NCBI GenBank assembly: GCA_964515545.1
Contig: CAZERI010000002.1
Location: 57,612-121,611, forward strand
Direction: 5' to 3'
DNA length: 64,000 nucleotides
Source of the DNA: an uncultured Gammaproteobacteria bacterium
Lineage (GTDB): Bacteria > Patescibacteriota > Microgenomatia > Levybacterales > UBA12049
The position numbers and the translations under genes were made by a program. Below are positions 19,714 to 28,421 of this stretch, in pieces (positions within the stretch are counted from its first letter, which is position 1; every line of letters begins with the position of its first letter). Under the pieces are notes generated by a model. It saw nothing but the letters and a program-made list of their open reading frames with translations. It was not told the DNA's origin and made no database searches.

Positions 19714-21042
19714 ATGACCTTGCCCGTATTTAAAAAATCTAACAAGATATATGTAAAGGAATATCCTTTACAGACCTCCCAATCGGAGAGAAGAACTTAT
19801 TTTAATTTGTCTGGTAAAAGTGGAACACCGTTTATGTTCTTATTTACTCTCGTTGGGATACTTTTTCTCACACTTTTTATGATAATGAAAAGCTCACAGC
19901 TAATTTCTCCCTTAGTAACCCCTCTGCATTCACTCACAGAGACCCAAGTCAAAAATAATAGTCATGAAGTCTTCGGGTTTGCTCCTTATTGGACTATGGC
20001 TAAATTAGAGAATGTTGATTTTAATGTCCTCACCACACTTTCATATTTTGGTATTTCGGTAAATGCTGATGGGTCTTTTGATACTACAGATCCAGGCTAT
20101 CTTACTTTCCAAAGCAGGGAAGCGACCGAGCTTTTCAAGAAGGCCCACAGTCATGGGACTCGGGTAGTCGTAACGCTTACCCAAATGGATAACGATACAC
20201 TGGACACTTTCCTCATGGATCCTCAGGCGCAGGACAGAGCGATAACAAACGCAGTTCAGGAGGTAAAGAATCGGAGGGTTGATGGGATTAATGTCGACTT
20301 TGAATACATTGGTAATCCAGGCAGTAAGGGACGGACTGCTTTCTCCCGTTTCGTGAAAAATCTTTCTGAAAAAATGCATCAGGAAGTACCTAGTTCTAGA
20401 GTTACTGTCTCGGTATACGCCTCAGCAGCCAAATCTCCTCGGATGGTAGATCTTGCAGAGGTTGCAAAGTATAGTGATGGTATTTTTATGATGGCTTATG
20501 ACTTTGCGGTGGCAGGATCTGATACCGCTATGCCTACAGCACCTCTCTATGGCAAAAAAGAAGGGAAATATGCCTATGATGTCGCAACAGCAGTCGATGA
20601 CTTTCTAACTCAAATGCCTGCTAATAAATTGATACTTGGTGTACCATACTATGGTTATAATTATGTAGTTTATCAGCCAGGGGTGAATGTCCCTACCCGT
20701 CCTGCCTCATGGAGGGGTAGCGGAACCGCTCAGACTGTAGAATACGCTCAAGCTAATGTTCCGATTGAGGCGAGCGGGTGGGATGATGCAGGCAAGGTTG
20801 GTTGGAAGGCCTACTATGTTAAGGAGACAGGTACCTGGAGAGTACTCTTTCAGGATGATGCCAAGTCACTTGGAATAAAGTACGACTTTGCCTTAGAGAA
20901 AAATTTGGGAGGAGTAGGCATGTGGGCACTTGGGTTTGATAATGGTACCAACGATCTTTGGGCATTACTTGAATCAAAATTCGGTAAAAAGCAGATTGCT
21001 GACGGAAGGATTATGAGTCGCGTTATCAATGATATCGAATAA
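19714..21042 (+). CDS. Membrane-anchored glycoside hydrolase family 18 (chitinase-like) protein
   Basis: N-terminal TM segment. DGINVDFEY catalytic motif (the GH18 DxxDxDxE with Glu retained) and a Y-rich TIM-barrel context. Confidence 0.65.
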   Translation: MTLPVFKKSNKIYVKEYPLQTSQSERRTYFNLSGKSGTPFMFLFTLVGILFLTLFMIMKSSQLISPLVTPLHSLTETQVKNNSHEVFGFAPYWTMAKLENVDFNVLTTLSYFGISVNADGSFDTTDPGYLTFQSREATELFKKAHSHGTRVVVTLTQMDNDTLDTFLMDPQAQDRAITNAVQEVKNRRVDGINVDFEYIGNPGSKGRTAFSRFVKNLSEKMHQEVPSSRVTVSVYASAAKSPRMVDLAEVAKYSDGIFMMAYDFAVAGSDTAMPTAPLYGKKEGKYAYDVATAVDDFLTQMPANKLILGVPYYGYNYVVYQPGVNVPTRPASWRGSGTAQTVEYAQANVPIEASGWDDAGKVGWKAYYVKETGTWRVLFQDDAKSLGIKYDFALEKNLGGVGMWALGFDNGTNDLWALLESKFGKKQIADGRIMSRVINDIE

Positions 21043-21045
21043 AGT

Positions 21046-22098
21046 ATGAAGAGACAGAGTGTTTTATCAAAAAAAATCAGGATAGGAGTAGTAAGTGCTG
21101 GAGTTATTATTGGTATGGTGTCGTTAGCTGCCAGCCATGTATCTTTTCTCCACCTTATGTCTCCTCTCTCATCACAAAAAGAAGATGTATTGGCTGAGCT
21201 CCTGCCTCGGCTTACCCAAAAGCAGAATACCTATCATTTGAGTACTCCACATAGCCTTATCAGTCAGGCTTCTGCTGAAACGTTGGGAGATACTGCTAAA
21301 GCCTATGCAGTACTGGACTTTGACTCAGGGCAGATTATAGATAGTAAAAACGGGGAGAAGGAAGTACCTATCGCTTCTCTTACTAAGATAATGACTGCTG
21401 TAGTAGCTCTTGATATTTCCTCACCCGGTGAGAAATTTGCGGTGATGAAGAAAGCTGCAGATCAAATTCCGACAAAAATCGGCGTTCGTGTGGGAGAGCG
21501 ATTCACATTACAGGAGTTATTAGAGGCAGGACTCATGACATCTGCAAATGATGCAATTGAAGTTATTAGAGACGGGATAGATGCCAAGTATAACGATGAG
21601 GTTTTTGTAAAGGCTATGAATGCCAAAGCAGAGTTTTTAGGTCTTACGCATACTCACTTTACCAATCCTCAGGGCTTTGACTCACCAACTCATTACAGCA
21701 GTACATCAGACTTAGCTGTGCTTACTCACTATGCGCTGACTAATTACCCGCTTATCGCAGATATCGTTAAGAAAGATTATGTATTACTTCCTGCTACTAA
21801 GGAGCATAAGCAGTATGACCTTTATAACTGGAATGGGCTTTTAGATGTCTATCCTAATATAAGCGGAGTGAAAATCGGGAATACTGAGAATGCCGGAACA
21901 ACGACTATTGTAAAGTCAGAAAGGAATGGTACTAATCTTTTAGTAGTAGTCCTTGGTACGCCAGGAGTATTAGAGAGGGATCTTGCTGCAGCAGAACTGC
22001 TGGATGAGGGGTTTGAGTCGACCTTAGGACTTATACCGATTAATATTACCGAAAAAGAACTTAGAGCAAAATATGCTACCTGGAAATACTGGAATTGA
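21046..22098 (+). CDS. D-alanyl-D-alanine carboxypeptidase (peptidase S11, PBP5-like)
   Basis: Signal/TM segment; SxxK ASLTKIMT; SxN TSANDA; KTG-like KIGNT. Confidence 0.8.
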   Translation: MKRQSVLSKKIRIGVVSAGVIIGMVSLAASHVSFLHLMSPLSSQKEDVLAELLPRLTQKQNTYHLSTPHSLISQASAETLGDTAKAYAVLDFDSGQIIDSKNGEKEVPIASLTKIMTAVVALDISSPGEKFAVMKKAADQIPTKIGVRVGERFTLQELLEAGLMTSANDAIEVIRDGIDAKYNDEVFVKAMNAKAEFLGLTHTHFTNPQGFDSPTHYSSTSDLAVLTHYALTNYPLIADIVKKDYVLLPATKEHKQYDLYNWNGLLDVYPNISGVKIGNTENAGTTTIVKSERNGTNLLVVVLGTPGVLERDLAAAELLDEGFESTLGLIPINITEKELRAKYATWKYWN

Positions 22099-22112
22099 TA
22101 GGAGGTGAGACT

Positions 22113-22193
22113 ATGATAGAGCGTTTTATACAAAAATTAGTCGAAGCACTTACTCCCAAAAGGCCTGCTTTTGTCCCTGTAAGATCAGAATAG
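22113..22193 (+). CDS. Candidate 26-aa small protein (MIERFIQKLVEALTPKRPAFVPVRSE)
   Basis: Perfect SD GGAGGTGAG 3 nt upstream of the ATG, 14 nt after the preceding gene's stop. Not in the ORF track because it is below the 60-aa cut-off. Confidence 0.3.
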   Translation: MIERFIQKLVEALTPKRPAFVPVRSE

Positions 22194-22225
22194 TACTTCT
22201 CCATTGCAACTCTTCTCTGTATCGT

Positions 22226-22231
22226 TATAAT
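22226..22231 (+). promoter_or_regulatory. TATAAT -10 box 6 nt upstream of the response-regulator ATG (leaderless-type)
   Basis: cgTTATAATagcgctATG, read directly. Confidence 0.3.
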
Positions 22232-22237
22232 AGCGCT

Positions 22238-22588
22238 ATGACGATACTGCTGGCAGAGGACGACGAATCCATAGCATCTGTAGTAACTCTTATCCTTACT
22301 GAGAACGGCCATAGTGTATTACTTGCGGGTGATGAGAAATCGTTTCATCAGCATCTCTCCCAAAAACCACAGCTTATTTTGCTCGATATTTCTCTCCAAG
22401 GGGCAAGTGGAGCAACTCTTGCAAAAAAAGTAAAAAACGATCCCTCTCTGTCTCAGATTCCCCTTATTATGGTCTCTGCTAATTCTAATACTAAAGAGAT
22501 TGCTCGAAAATCAGGAGCAGATGGATTTTTGCTAAAACCTTTTGATCTGGATGAGCTGCTTGATCTAGTAGCAGAGCATACTGCTTGA
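22238..22588 (+). CDS. Single-domain response regulator (receiver only)
   Basis: ILLAEDDESI...LILLDISLQGASG...KPFDLDEL; 116 aa. Confidence 0.8.
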   Translation: MTILLAEDDESIASVVTLILTENGHSVLLAGDEKSFHQHLSQKPQLILLDISLQGASGATLAKKVKNDPSLSQIPLIMVSANSNTKEIARKSGADGFLLKPFDLDELLDLVAEHTA

Positions 22589-22809
22589 GTTTCTTCCTCT
22601 ATCCTTACTTTCCTTTAGTTGTTCTCTTATGAAACTTTTTAATAATGTGCTGAGTACTACTATGAATGCTGACGAAAAGATAATTATTATTGAGGATAAA
22701 AAAAAGAAGAGTTCCTCTCTTGAATTAAAGAAGATTCTTATTAATGCCATTCGGATGCAGGCTGTCTATTCCAAAGGTAAGATAACGATACTTGAGACTA
22801 GTGAGATGA

Positions 22810-23361
22810 TTAACTAGTCTTATCGCTTTCTTGCTTGGAAGTACGCTGTCTTTCAACAGTCATGACCCGAGTCTGCATTTGTGAAACAGATTTGATGAGA
22901 TCATTGAGTCCTGCCTGGATTTTATCGATATCTCGGCCTATCTCATCGACATCCTGACTAATCTCTTCAACATCCTGTTCCAATTCATCATGTTCTTTTT
23001 CTTCCTCTTTTTGTTCTTTCTCATCCTGAAGTTCACGATAGGTATCAACTAAAGCCTGACGATTCTGCGCGATCATAATGAAGGTAGAGAGAAAAATAGC
23101 CTCAAGGGAGACGATCATCGTGAGAAGTCCATAAGGAAAAGGATCAAAGACAGGCACAAATGGATGCAAAAGCCCGGTATTAGCGATGATCCAGAAGCCA
23201 AACCACACAACATGAAAATACACAAAGGTGATACTTCCTGCCCACTGGGTGATGATTTCGGCAAATTTACCCTGTGCTGAGTTGAGCTGCCTGGCAAGCT
23301 GTTCAGGCTTTAGTCCTTTTTGGAAGAGAATAGTACTGGAGGTCTGCTTCTTCTCGTTCAT
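22810..23361 (-). CDS. DUF1003-like membrane protein with an acidic coiled-coil tail
   Basis: Two TM helices (FVYFHVVWFGFWIIAN, LLTMIVSLEAIFLSTFIMIAQNRQ) followed by an E/D-rich repeat region. Confidence 0.5.
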   Translation of the reverse strand: MNEKKQTSSTILFQKGLKPEQLARQLNSAQGKFAEIITQWAGSITFVYFHVVWFGFWIIANTGLLHPFVPVFDPFPYGLLTMIVSLEAIFLSTFIMIAQNRQALVDTYRELQDEKEQKEEEKEHDELEQDVEEISQDVDEIGRDIDKIQAGLNDLIKSVSQMQTRVMTVERQRTSKQESDKTS

Positions 23362-23522
23362 ACCATATTATAGTTTCTCCAGAGAGTATTGTATAGCCAC
23401 AAATTGATATGGTATGAATGGTAATTATCCTTACAGCAGGTTTTATTTTTTCTGATTTAATGACACTAGGCATATTACTGTAAGAATGCTATATCAGACT
23501 ATAGCAATATGGCCTGGCAGGG

Positions 23523-25982
23523 TTGACATCTAGCAGTAATAATGATAGAGTGCTAAGAGTTCGACAGGCTCACCCTACAGCTGTCAAAATTATGGAAAAA
23601 GTAGTACCTATTATCCCAATCCGAGACGGCATCATATTCCCCAATACTGACTCTGTCCTTACCTTCGGTAGACCCAAGAGCCTTGCTGCTTTAGAATCCT
23701 CCTTTGAGCATGAAAGAATAGTCTGTTTTGTCCTTCAGAAAAGTTCCCGTGTCAATGATCCAGAGCCAAATGACCTCTATGAGATAGGTACACTTTCTCG
23801 TATTGAACGCATGATTAGAGCAGATGGTGAGATAAATGCTCAGGTACGTGGTTTAGCAAGAGTAAAGATTCTCTCTTATGAGAAGCAGGATTCATTCTTT
23901 GTCGGACGGATAGAAGAGCTAGAAGAAGAAGTAGATAATACTCCCGAGGTAACTGCACTCTGCAATCACTTAACCAATGAATTCAGACGAGCTATGAATT
24001 TCGGTAAGTCTGCTGACTTCTTAGTCTTTATGAATATCATGTCTGAAAACTCTCCAGCAGAACTTTCTGATTTAGTAGCCTCAGCTCTTGATCTTAAGCC
24101 TCAGGAACGACAGACACTTTTGGAAATGACGAACGTGAAAGAACGTCTCCAGAAGTTAGTTGATTTACTTGCGAAAGAAATCCGCGTCCTAGAGCTTGAG
24201 AAGAGGATTGCTAATAAGACTCAGGAGCGATTTGAAAAAGGAGCTAGAGAAGCGATTCTTCGTGAGCGCCTCAAGACTATTGAAAAAGAATTAGGTGAGG
24301 ATGAAGGCGGGAGTGAAATAAAAGAGCTTCTCCAAAAGATCAAAGAAGCCAAGATGCCTGAGGATGTAGAAGATAAAGCGAAAAAAGAAGTTAAAAAACT
24401 TCAGCAGATGAATCAATTTAATCCAGAGGCGGGTTATATCAGAAATTATATCGACTGGCTCATCAGCCTGCCATGGAGTATCGAGAGTAAGACAGACATT
24501 GATATCAAAGCTGCAGATGAAATCCTTAATCAGGATCATTATGGACTCCCTAAAGTTAAAGAACGTATCCTTGAGTACTTAGCTGTTCAGAAATTAGCAG
24601 GAAAGATGAAGAGTCCTATCCTTTGTTTTGTAGGACCTCCTGGAGTAGGGAAGACCTCACTTGGTAAATCTATCGCTAGATCTCTCGGACGTAAATTTAT
24701 CCGTGTTTCACTAGGGGGAATTCGAGATGAAGCAGAGATAAGGGGACATAGGAGAACATATGTTGGAGCCCTTCCAGGCCGTATCATTCAGGGCATTAAG
24801 GACTCAGGGACTCGAAATCCTGTCTTTATGCTGGATGAGATCGATAAAGTCGGCGCAGATTTCAGGGGCGACCCATCAAGTGCGCTTTTGGAGGCGCTAG
24901 ATCCTGAGCAGAATACTGATTTTTCAGATCACTATTTAGAAGTACCATTTGATCTTTCAAACGTTATGTTCATCACTACAGCTAATATGCTTGATACTAT
25001 CCCTCCTGCATTAAGAGATCGTCTGGAGATCATTCAATTTGCGGGCTATACCCACGATGAGAAGTTCCATATCTTAAAGCAGTTCCTTCTTAAAAAGCAG
25101 ATGGAGATGCATGGACTGAAAGAAAAGCAAGTTAAAATCACTGATGAGGCACTTAACTTTATTATTAATCACTATACCCGTGAAGCAGGAGTGCGTAATC
25201 TCGAGCGGAGGATTGCTACTATTTTTAGAAAAGTAGCTCGGAGTGTGGCTGAGGGTAAAAAGACTAAGATCACTATTACTGATAAAGATATTCCTAAATA
25301 TTTAGGCCCTACTAAATACTCAGGAACAGAAATTGAGAAGCAGGATCAGATCGGACAGTCAACAGGTCTTGCCTGGACTGAGGCAGGAGGAGAGATCCTC
25401 TTTATCGAAGTAGCATTGATGCCTGGACGGGGTAACTTGATCCTTACCGGACAGCTGGGTGATGTTATGAAGGAGTCATGTCAGGCAGCACTCTCCTATA
25501 TCAGAGCTCGGGCTGAGTACTTTGGCATCCCTGATAAGGTTTTCCAGAAGACAGATATCCATGTCCATGTACCAGAGGGAGCAGTACCCAAGGATGGACC
25601 TAGTGCAGGTCTGGCTATAACTACTGCTATCCTCTCAGCACTTACTAAGATCCCTGTTAAAAGGACTGTGGGTATGACAGGTGAGGTTACACTCAGAGGG
25701 CGGGCGTTAGAAATCGGCGGAGTTAAAGAAAAAGTTATCGCAGGACACAGAGCAGGGCTTAAGACGATCTTACTTCCTAAAGACAATAAAAAAGATCTAG
25801 AAGAAGTACCAGAAGAAGTATTGAAGGATGTCGATTTCAAATTTGTCGGACATATGGATGATGTCATCGAGCTTGCTTTTACAAAGCCGTTAAAAATAAA
25901 AGATAAAAAGTTAGATGAAGAGATAGGAGCTCAATCAAGCCGTCCCAATCTAACTACCCGCCAGCCGTATAAAGCCGACTAA
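23523..25982 (+). CDS. lon: ATP-dependent Lon protease
   Basis: LON N-domain (IPIRDGIIFPNT), AAA+ Walker A GPPGVGKTSLGKSIA, and S16 catalytic Ser DGPSAGLAITTAILSAL. The track ORF begins at TTG 23523; the first in-frame ATG is at 23592 (MEKVVPIIPIRDG) and is the more likely start. Confidence 0.95.
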   Translation: MTSSSNNDRVLRVRQAHPTAVKIMEKVVPIIPIRDGIIFPNTDSVLTFGRPKSLAALESSFEHERIVCFVLQKSSRVNDPEPNDLYEIGTLSRIERMIRADGEINAQVRGLARVKILSYEKQDSFFVGRIEELEEEVDNTPEVTALCNHLTNEFRRAMNFGKSADFLVFMNIMSENSPAELSDLVASALDLKPQERQTLLEMTNVKERLQKLVDLLAKEIRVLELEKRIANKTQERFEKGAREAILRERLKTIEKELGEDEGGSEIKELLQKIKEAKMPEDVEDKAKKEVKKLQQMNQFNPEAGYIRNYIDWLISLPWSIESKTDIDIKAADEILNQDHYGLPKVKERILEYLAVQKLAGKMKSPILCFVGPPGVGKTSLGKSIARSLGRKFIRVSLGGIRDEAEIRGHRRTYVGALPGRIIQGIKDSGTRNPVFMLDEIDKVGADFRGDPSSALLEALDPEQNTDFSDHYLEVPFDLSNVMFITTANMLDTIPPALRDRLEIIQFAGYTHDEKFHILKQFLLKKQMEMHGLKEKQVKITDEALNFIINHYTREAGVRNLERRIATIFRKVARSVAEGKKTKITITDKDIPKYLGPTKYSGTEIEKQDQIGQSTGLAWTEAGGEILFIEVALMPGRGNLILTGQLGDVMKESCQAALSYIRARAEYFGIPDKVFQKTDIHVHVPEGAVPKDGPSAGLAITTAILSALTKIPVKRTVGMTGEVTLRGRALEIGGVKEKVIAGHRAGLKTILLPKDNKKDLEEVPEEVLKDVDFKFVGHMDDVIELAFTKPLKIKDKKLDEEIGAQSSRPNLTTRQPYKAD

Positions 25983-26090
25983 TAATTCAGGTTTTAGACA
26001 TTAGATATTCGTTCTTAGGAGTTTATCTCCTACTTACTCCCAAGACCAAAGAGCTACTAGCTAAGAGCTACAATATTATATAATTACCTC

Positions 26091-26948
26091 ATGAGTGAGT
26101 ACGGAGAAGGCAGAGAAAATCCCCCCATTCACCTTGCACGGATAAATAGCCGTGGAGAGCTGGAGTACACAGATCCTGTTCTTGAGGCATTTGAATCAAT
26201 GCTTGAGAGACAGAGACGGTATCCCTTGGTAGGTGAGGTTACGATGTCTGATCCAACGCACCTCTTCTCAGTAGAGTCTAGGACAAGAGGACAAGATCGC
26301 TTTTGGGAGCGTTCATACTATCGTCCGTATCTCTCAGGTGATCCTAAAGAGCCGATCACATTCAAACCTAATTTAAGTACGACTCTTCACAGGGGATTTT
26401 GGACCTCTGGGATCAGGGCCAGTTACTATCCTGAGAACACCTCACTGCTTGCTCAGAGGGTAAATGTCGGACTGGAGGGGCTTCGCTTTATGGCAGAGGT
26501 TGATCTCTTCTCCCCTGATCGATTATCTGTAGACTGGGTGGTGGATGGAGTAGTAGGAGGGGTGGGCTTAGGAGGAACTGATACGGAGAGAAGTAAAAAT
26601 GCTCTCCAGGGTCCTACTTCATTTCATCGTGATAAATTAGATCTTCTCTACAAAGGAGAAATAGAGCGGATTAGTATGCCTATACCTGATGAGTCTGGAG
26701 TAGAACTCGATGCGACACTAGATGAGTATGGGGATCTTATCCTAAGGAGAAGAGGTGGTACTCCATCCCGAGGATACCTCATCAAATCCCATATGACTCT
26801 AGAAGACAGAGATGAGATAGTTAGTAAGATGGCCTCGCAAGAACTGTTGGAACATCCAGATACAGCCCCTATTACTGAGGACCTTTGGAAGGGGCTGGAT
26901 ATCTTACCTACTTTTGGAATTAAAACTCTTCCAGCACAACATTCATAA
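26091..26948 (+). CDS. Hypothetical protein (compositionally atypical, higher GC)
   Basis: 285-aa ORF with locally elevated GC (roughly high 40s percent against ~38-42% nearby); no family recognised. Confidence 0.45.
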   Translation: MSEYGEGRENPPIHLARINSRGELEYTDPVLEAFESMLERQRRYPLVGEVTMSDPTHLFSVESRTRGQDRFWERSYYRPYLSGDPKEPITFKPNLSTTLHRGFWTSGIRASYYPENTSLLAQRVNVGLEGLRFMAEVDLFSPDRLSVDWVVDGVVGGVGLGGTDTERSKNALQGPTSFHRDKLDLLYKGEIERISMPIPDESGVELDATLDEYGDLILRRRGGTPSRGYLIKSHMTLEDRDEIVSKMASQELLEHPDTAPITEDLWKGLDILPTFGIKTLPAQHS

Positions 26949-27045
26949 CAATTTTTATTGCTACGAAAGGCTAATGCTGGGGTTGACAAGAACATCTTAA
27001 AAAGTCTAGTATGTCTCTATGTTTTCTTGTCTATAATGCATGTAA

Positions 27046-27067
27046 CCTCGCTCCGCGGGGTTTTTTT
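27046..27067 (+). terminator. Rho-independent terminator (CCTCGC-TCC-GCGGGG plus T7)
   Basis: 6-bp GC-rich stem with one G-U pair, 3-nt loop, then a 7-T run, about 100 nt after the 26091-26948 stop. Confidence 0.55.
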
Positions 27068-27094
27068 GTAGGCGAGAGGGGAGGAGGTGAGAAT

Positions 27095-28363
27095 ATGAAT
27101 TTAATTAAAAAAATCGCTATCTCTATTTCAACTCTCTTAGCATTGACATCTTTCGCTGCTCCAGCATTTGCTGCCAACACAACAGTAGTAGTCAGAGCTG
27201 GAGATCTTGAAACATCTACAGACAAAGTTGTTGCTGCAAGTCACGATAAGTGGTTTATGTATAACGATACTAATGACACTATTGATAATAGTCTTGGATC
27301 GTTCGTAAATGGGCCAGCAACTCCTATCCACGGAGTTGGGAGTATTGAATTTACGTTGGGAGCAAATCCTAATGATCGTAAAAACATTGCTACATATCAG
27401 TTCCGAGGCACAGCATTAAGCTCAATTACAGCTATGTCATATGGAGCATATTCACATAGTGGAGTAGCGGGGGCAAATGAATCACCATTCTTTAATTTTA
27501 ATGTTGATTTTACTGGTAACAGTACTACATGGCAAAGACGGTTAGTCTATGTGCCAGCTAATAACGGAGCAGTTACTCAGGATGCATGGAATACTTTTGA
27601 TATGATCAATGGTGGAAATGCTATGTGGGTATACTCTGGGGCACTTTGGCCAGCAGGTGGATCTGAGACTGGAACTACGCCAGGTACAACTCCAAAAACC
27701 TGGAATTCTATCCTTGCTGATTATCCAGATATTCGAGTACTCCCAACTGATTCCTGGTTAGGAATTCGTGTTGGTGAACCAGGACCTACAGGCTATACAG
27801 GTAATGTTGATTTCTTCTCGATTACTAAAGGAGGAGATACAACAGTATTTGACTTTGAACCTACTCCAGTCCTAGTTGGACCGCCTGTTCATAAGGATGA
27901 GTGTAGAGATGGTGGATGGCAGACATTTAACAATCCTACATTTAAGAACCAAGGAAAATGTATTGATTATGTAAATCATCATAATCATATAGTTCGCGGT
28001 AATAACGCACAATATCAGGCTTACGGTCTGAACCGTGAAGCTAATTTTGATATGGAGACCGCCAACAACAAAGGTAATTTCCACTACACTGATGGAAACA
28101 AAAATAAATATAGTGTCAAAGTTTCTGAAGTTAAGGTAGATGGGAATACTGCTTGGTTTGCGGGAGAAGTGATAAGCTCCAAGAATAACGCCTATGACGG
28201 TCAATGGCTTTTCGCGAAAGTTGTTGATAATGGCGCATCAGGAGATCTTATCTGGGGAAGTTTTGTAGCTGATGAAACCACTGCTAAGGCAGATGTTGCA
28301 GCTATGTCCGATCCATCTGATGGATCATTTACCCTATTTAAGGGAAATATCAAAGTAAACTAA
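27095..28363 (+). CDS. Secreted protein of unknown function
   Basis: Strong SD GGAGGAGGTGA then the ATG at 27095. Signal peptide MNLIKKIAISISTLLALTSFAAPAFA. 422 aa, T/N/G-rich with no TM. The track ORF is extended upstream, past the terminator. Confidence 0.6.
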   Translation: MNLIKKIAISISTLLALTSFAAPAFAANTTVVVRAGDLETSTDKVVAASHDKWFMYNDTNDTIDNSLGSFVNGPATPIHGVGSIEFTLGANPNDRKNIATYQFRGTALSSITAMSYGAYSHSGVAGANESPFFNFNVDFTGNSTTWQRRLVYVPANNGAVTQDAWNTFDMINGGNAMWVYSGALWPAGGSETGTTPGTTPKTWNSILADYPDIRVLPTDSWLGIRVGEPGPTGYTGNVDFFSITKGGDTTVFDFEPTPVLVGPPVHKDECRDGGWQTFNNPTFKNQGKCIDYVNHHNHIVRGNNAQYQAYGLNREANFDMETANNKGNFHYTDGNKNKYSVKVSEVKVDGNTAWFAGEVISSKNNAYDGQWLFAKVVDNGASGDLIWGSFVADETTAKADVAAMSDPSDGSFTLFKGNIKVN

Positions 28364-28383
28364 TTAGTAGTTTAGATTTGAAC

Positions 28384-28411
28384 AAAAAAGGCTCCGTAAG
28401 GGGTCTTTTTT
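28384..28411. terminator. Bidirectional intrinsic terminator between convergent genes
   Basis: AAAAAAG-GCTCC-GTAA-GGGGTC-TTTTTT: GNRA tetraloop hairpin with an A-tract on one side and a T-tract on the other. Confidence 0.7.
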
Positions 28412-28421
28412 GTTTTGAGAG

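Noticed and set aside
22565-22817. Two ~61-aa ORFs (22629-22817 plus; 22565-22750 minus) in the receiver/DUF1003 intergenic region
   Set aside because: Low-complexity Lys/Ile-rich translations of an AT-rich spacer with no SD; they overlap each other and the DUF1003 gene end. Cannot be supported.
27029-27067. A CTATAAT -10-like box followed 10 nt later by the 27046-27067 terminator, as a possible tiny sRNA
   Set aside because: The transcript would be under ~30 nt. More simply, the hairpin is the terminator of the upstream gene and the -10-like hexamer is chance in AT-rich DNA.
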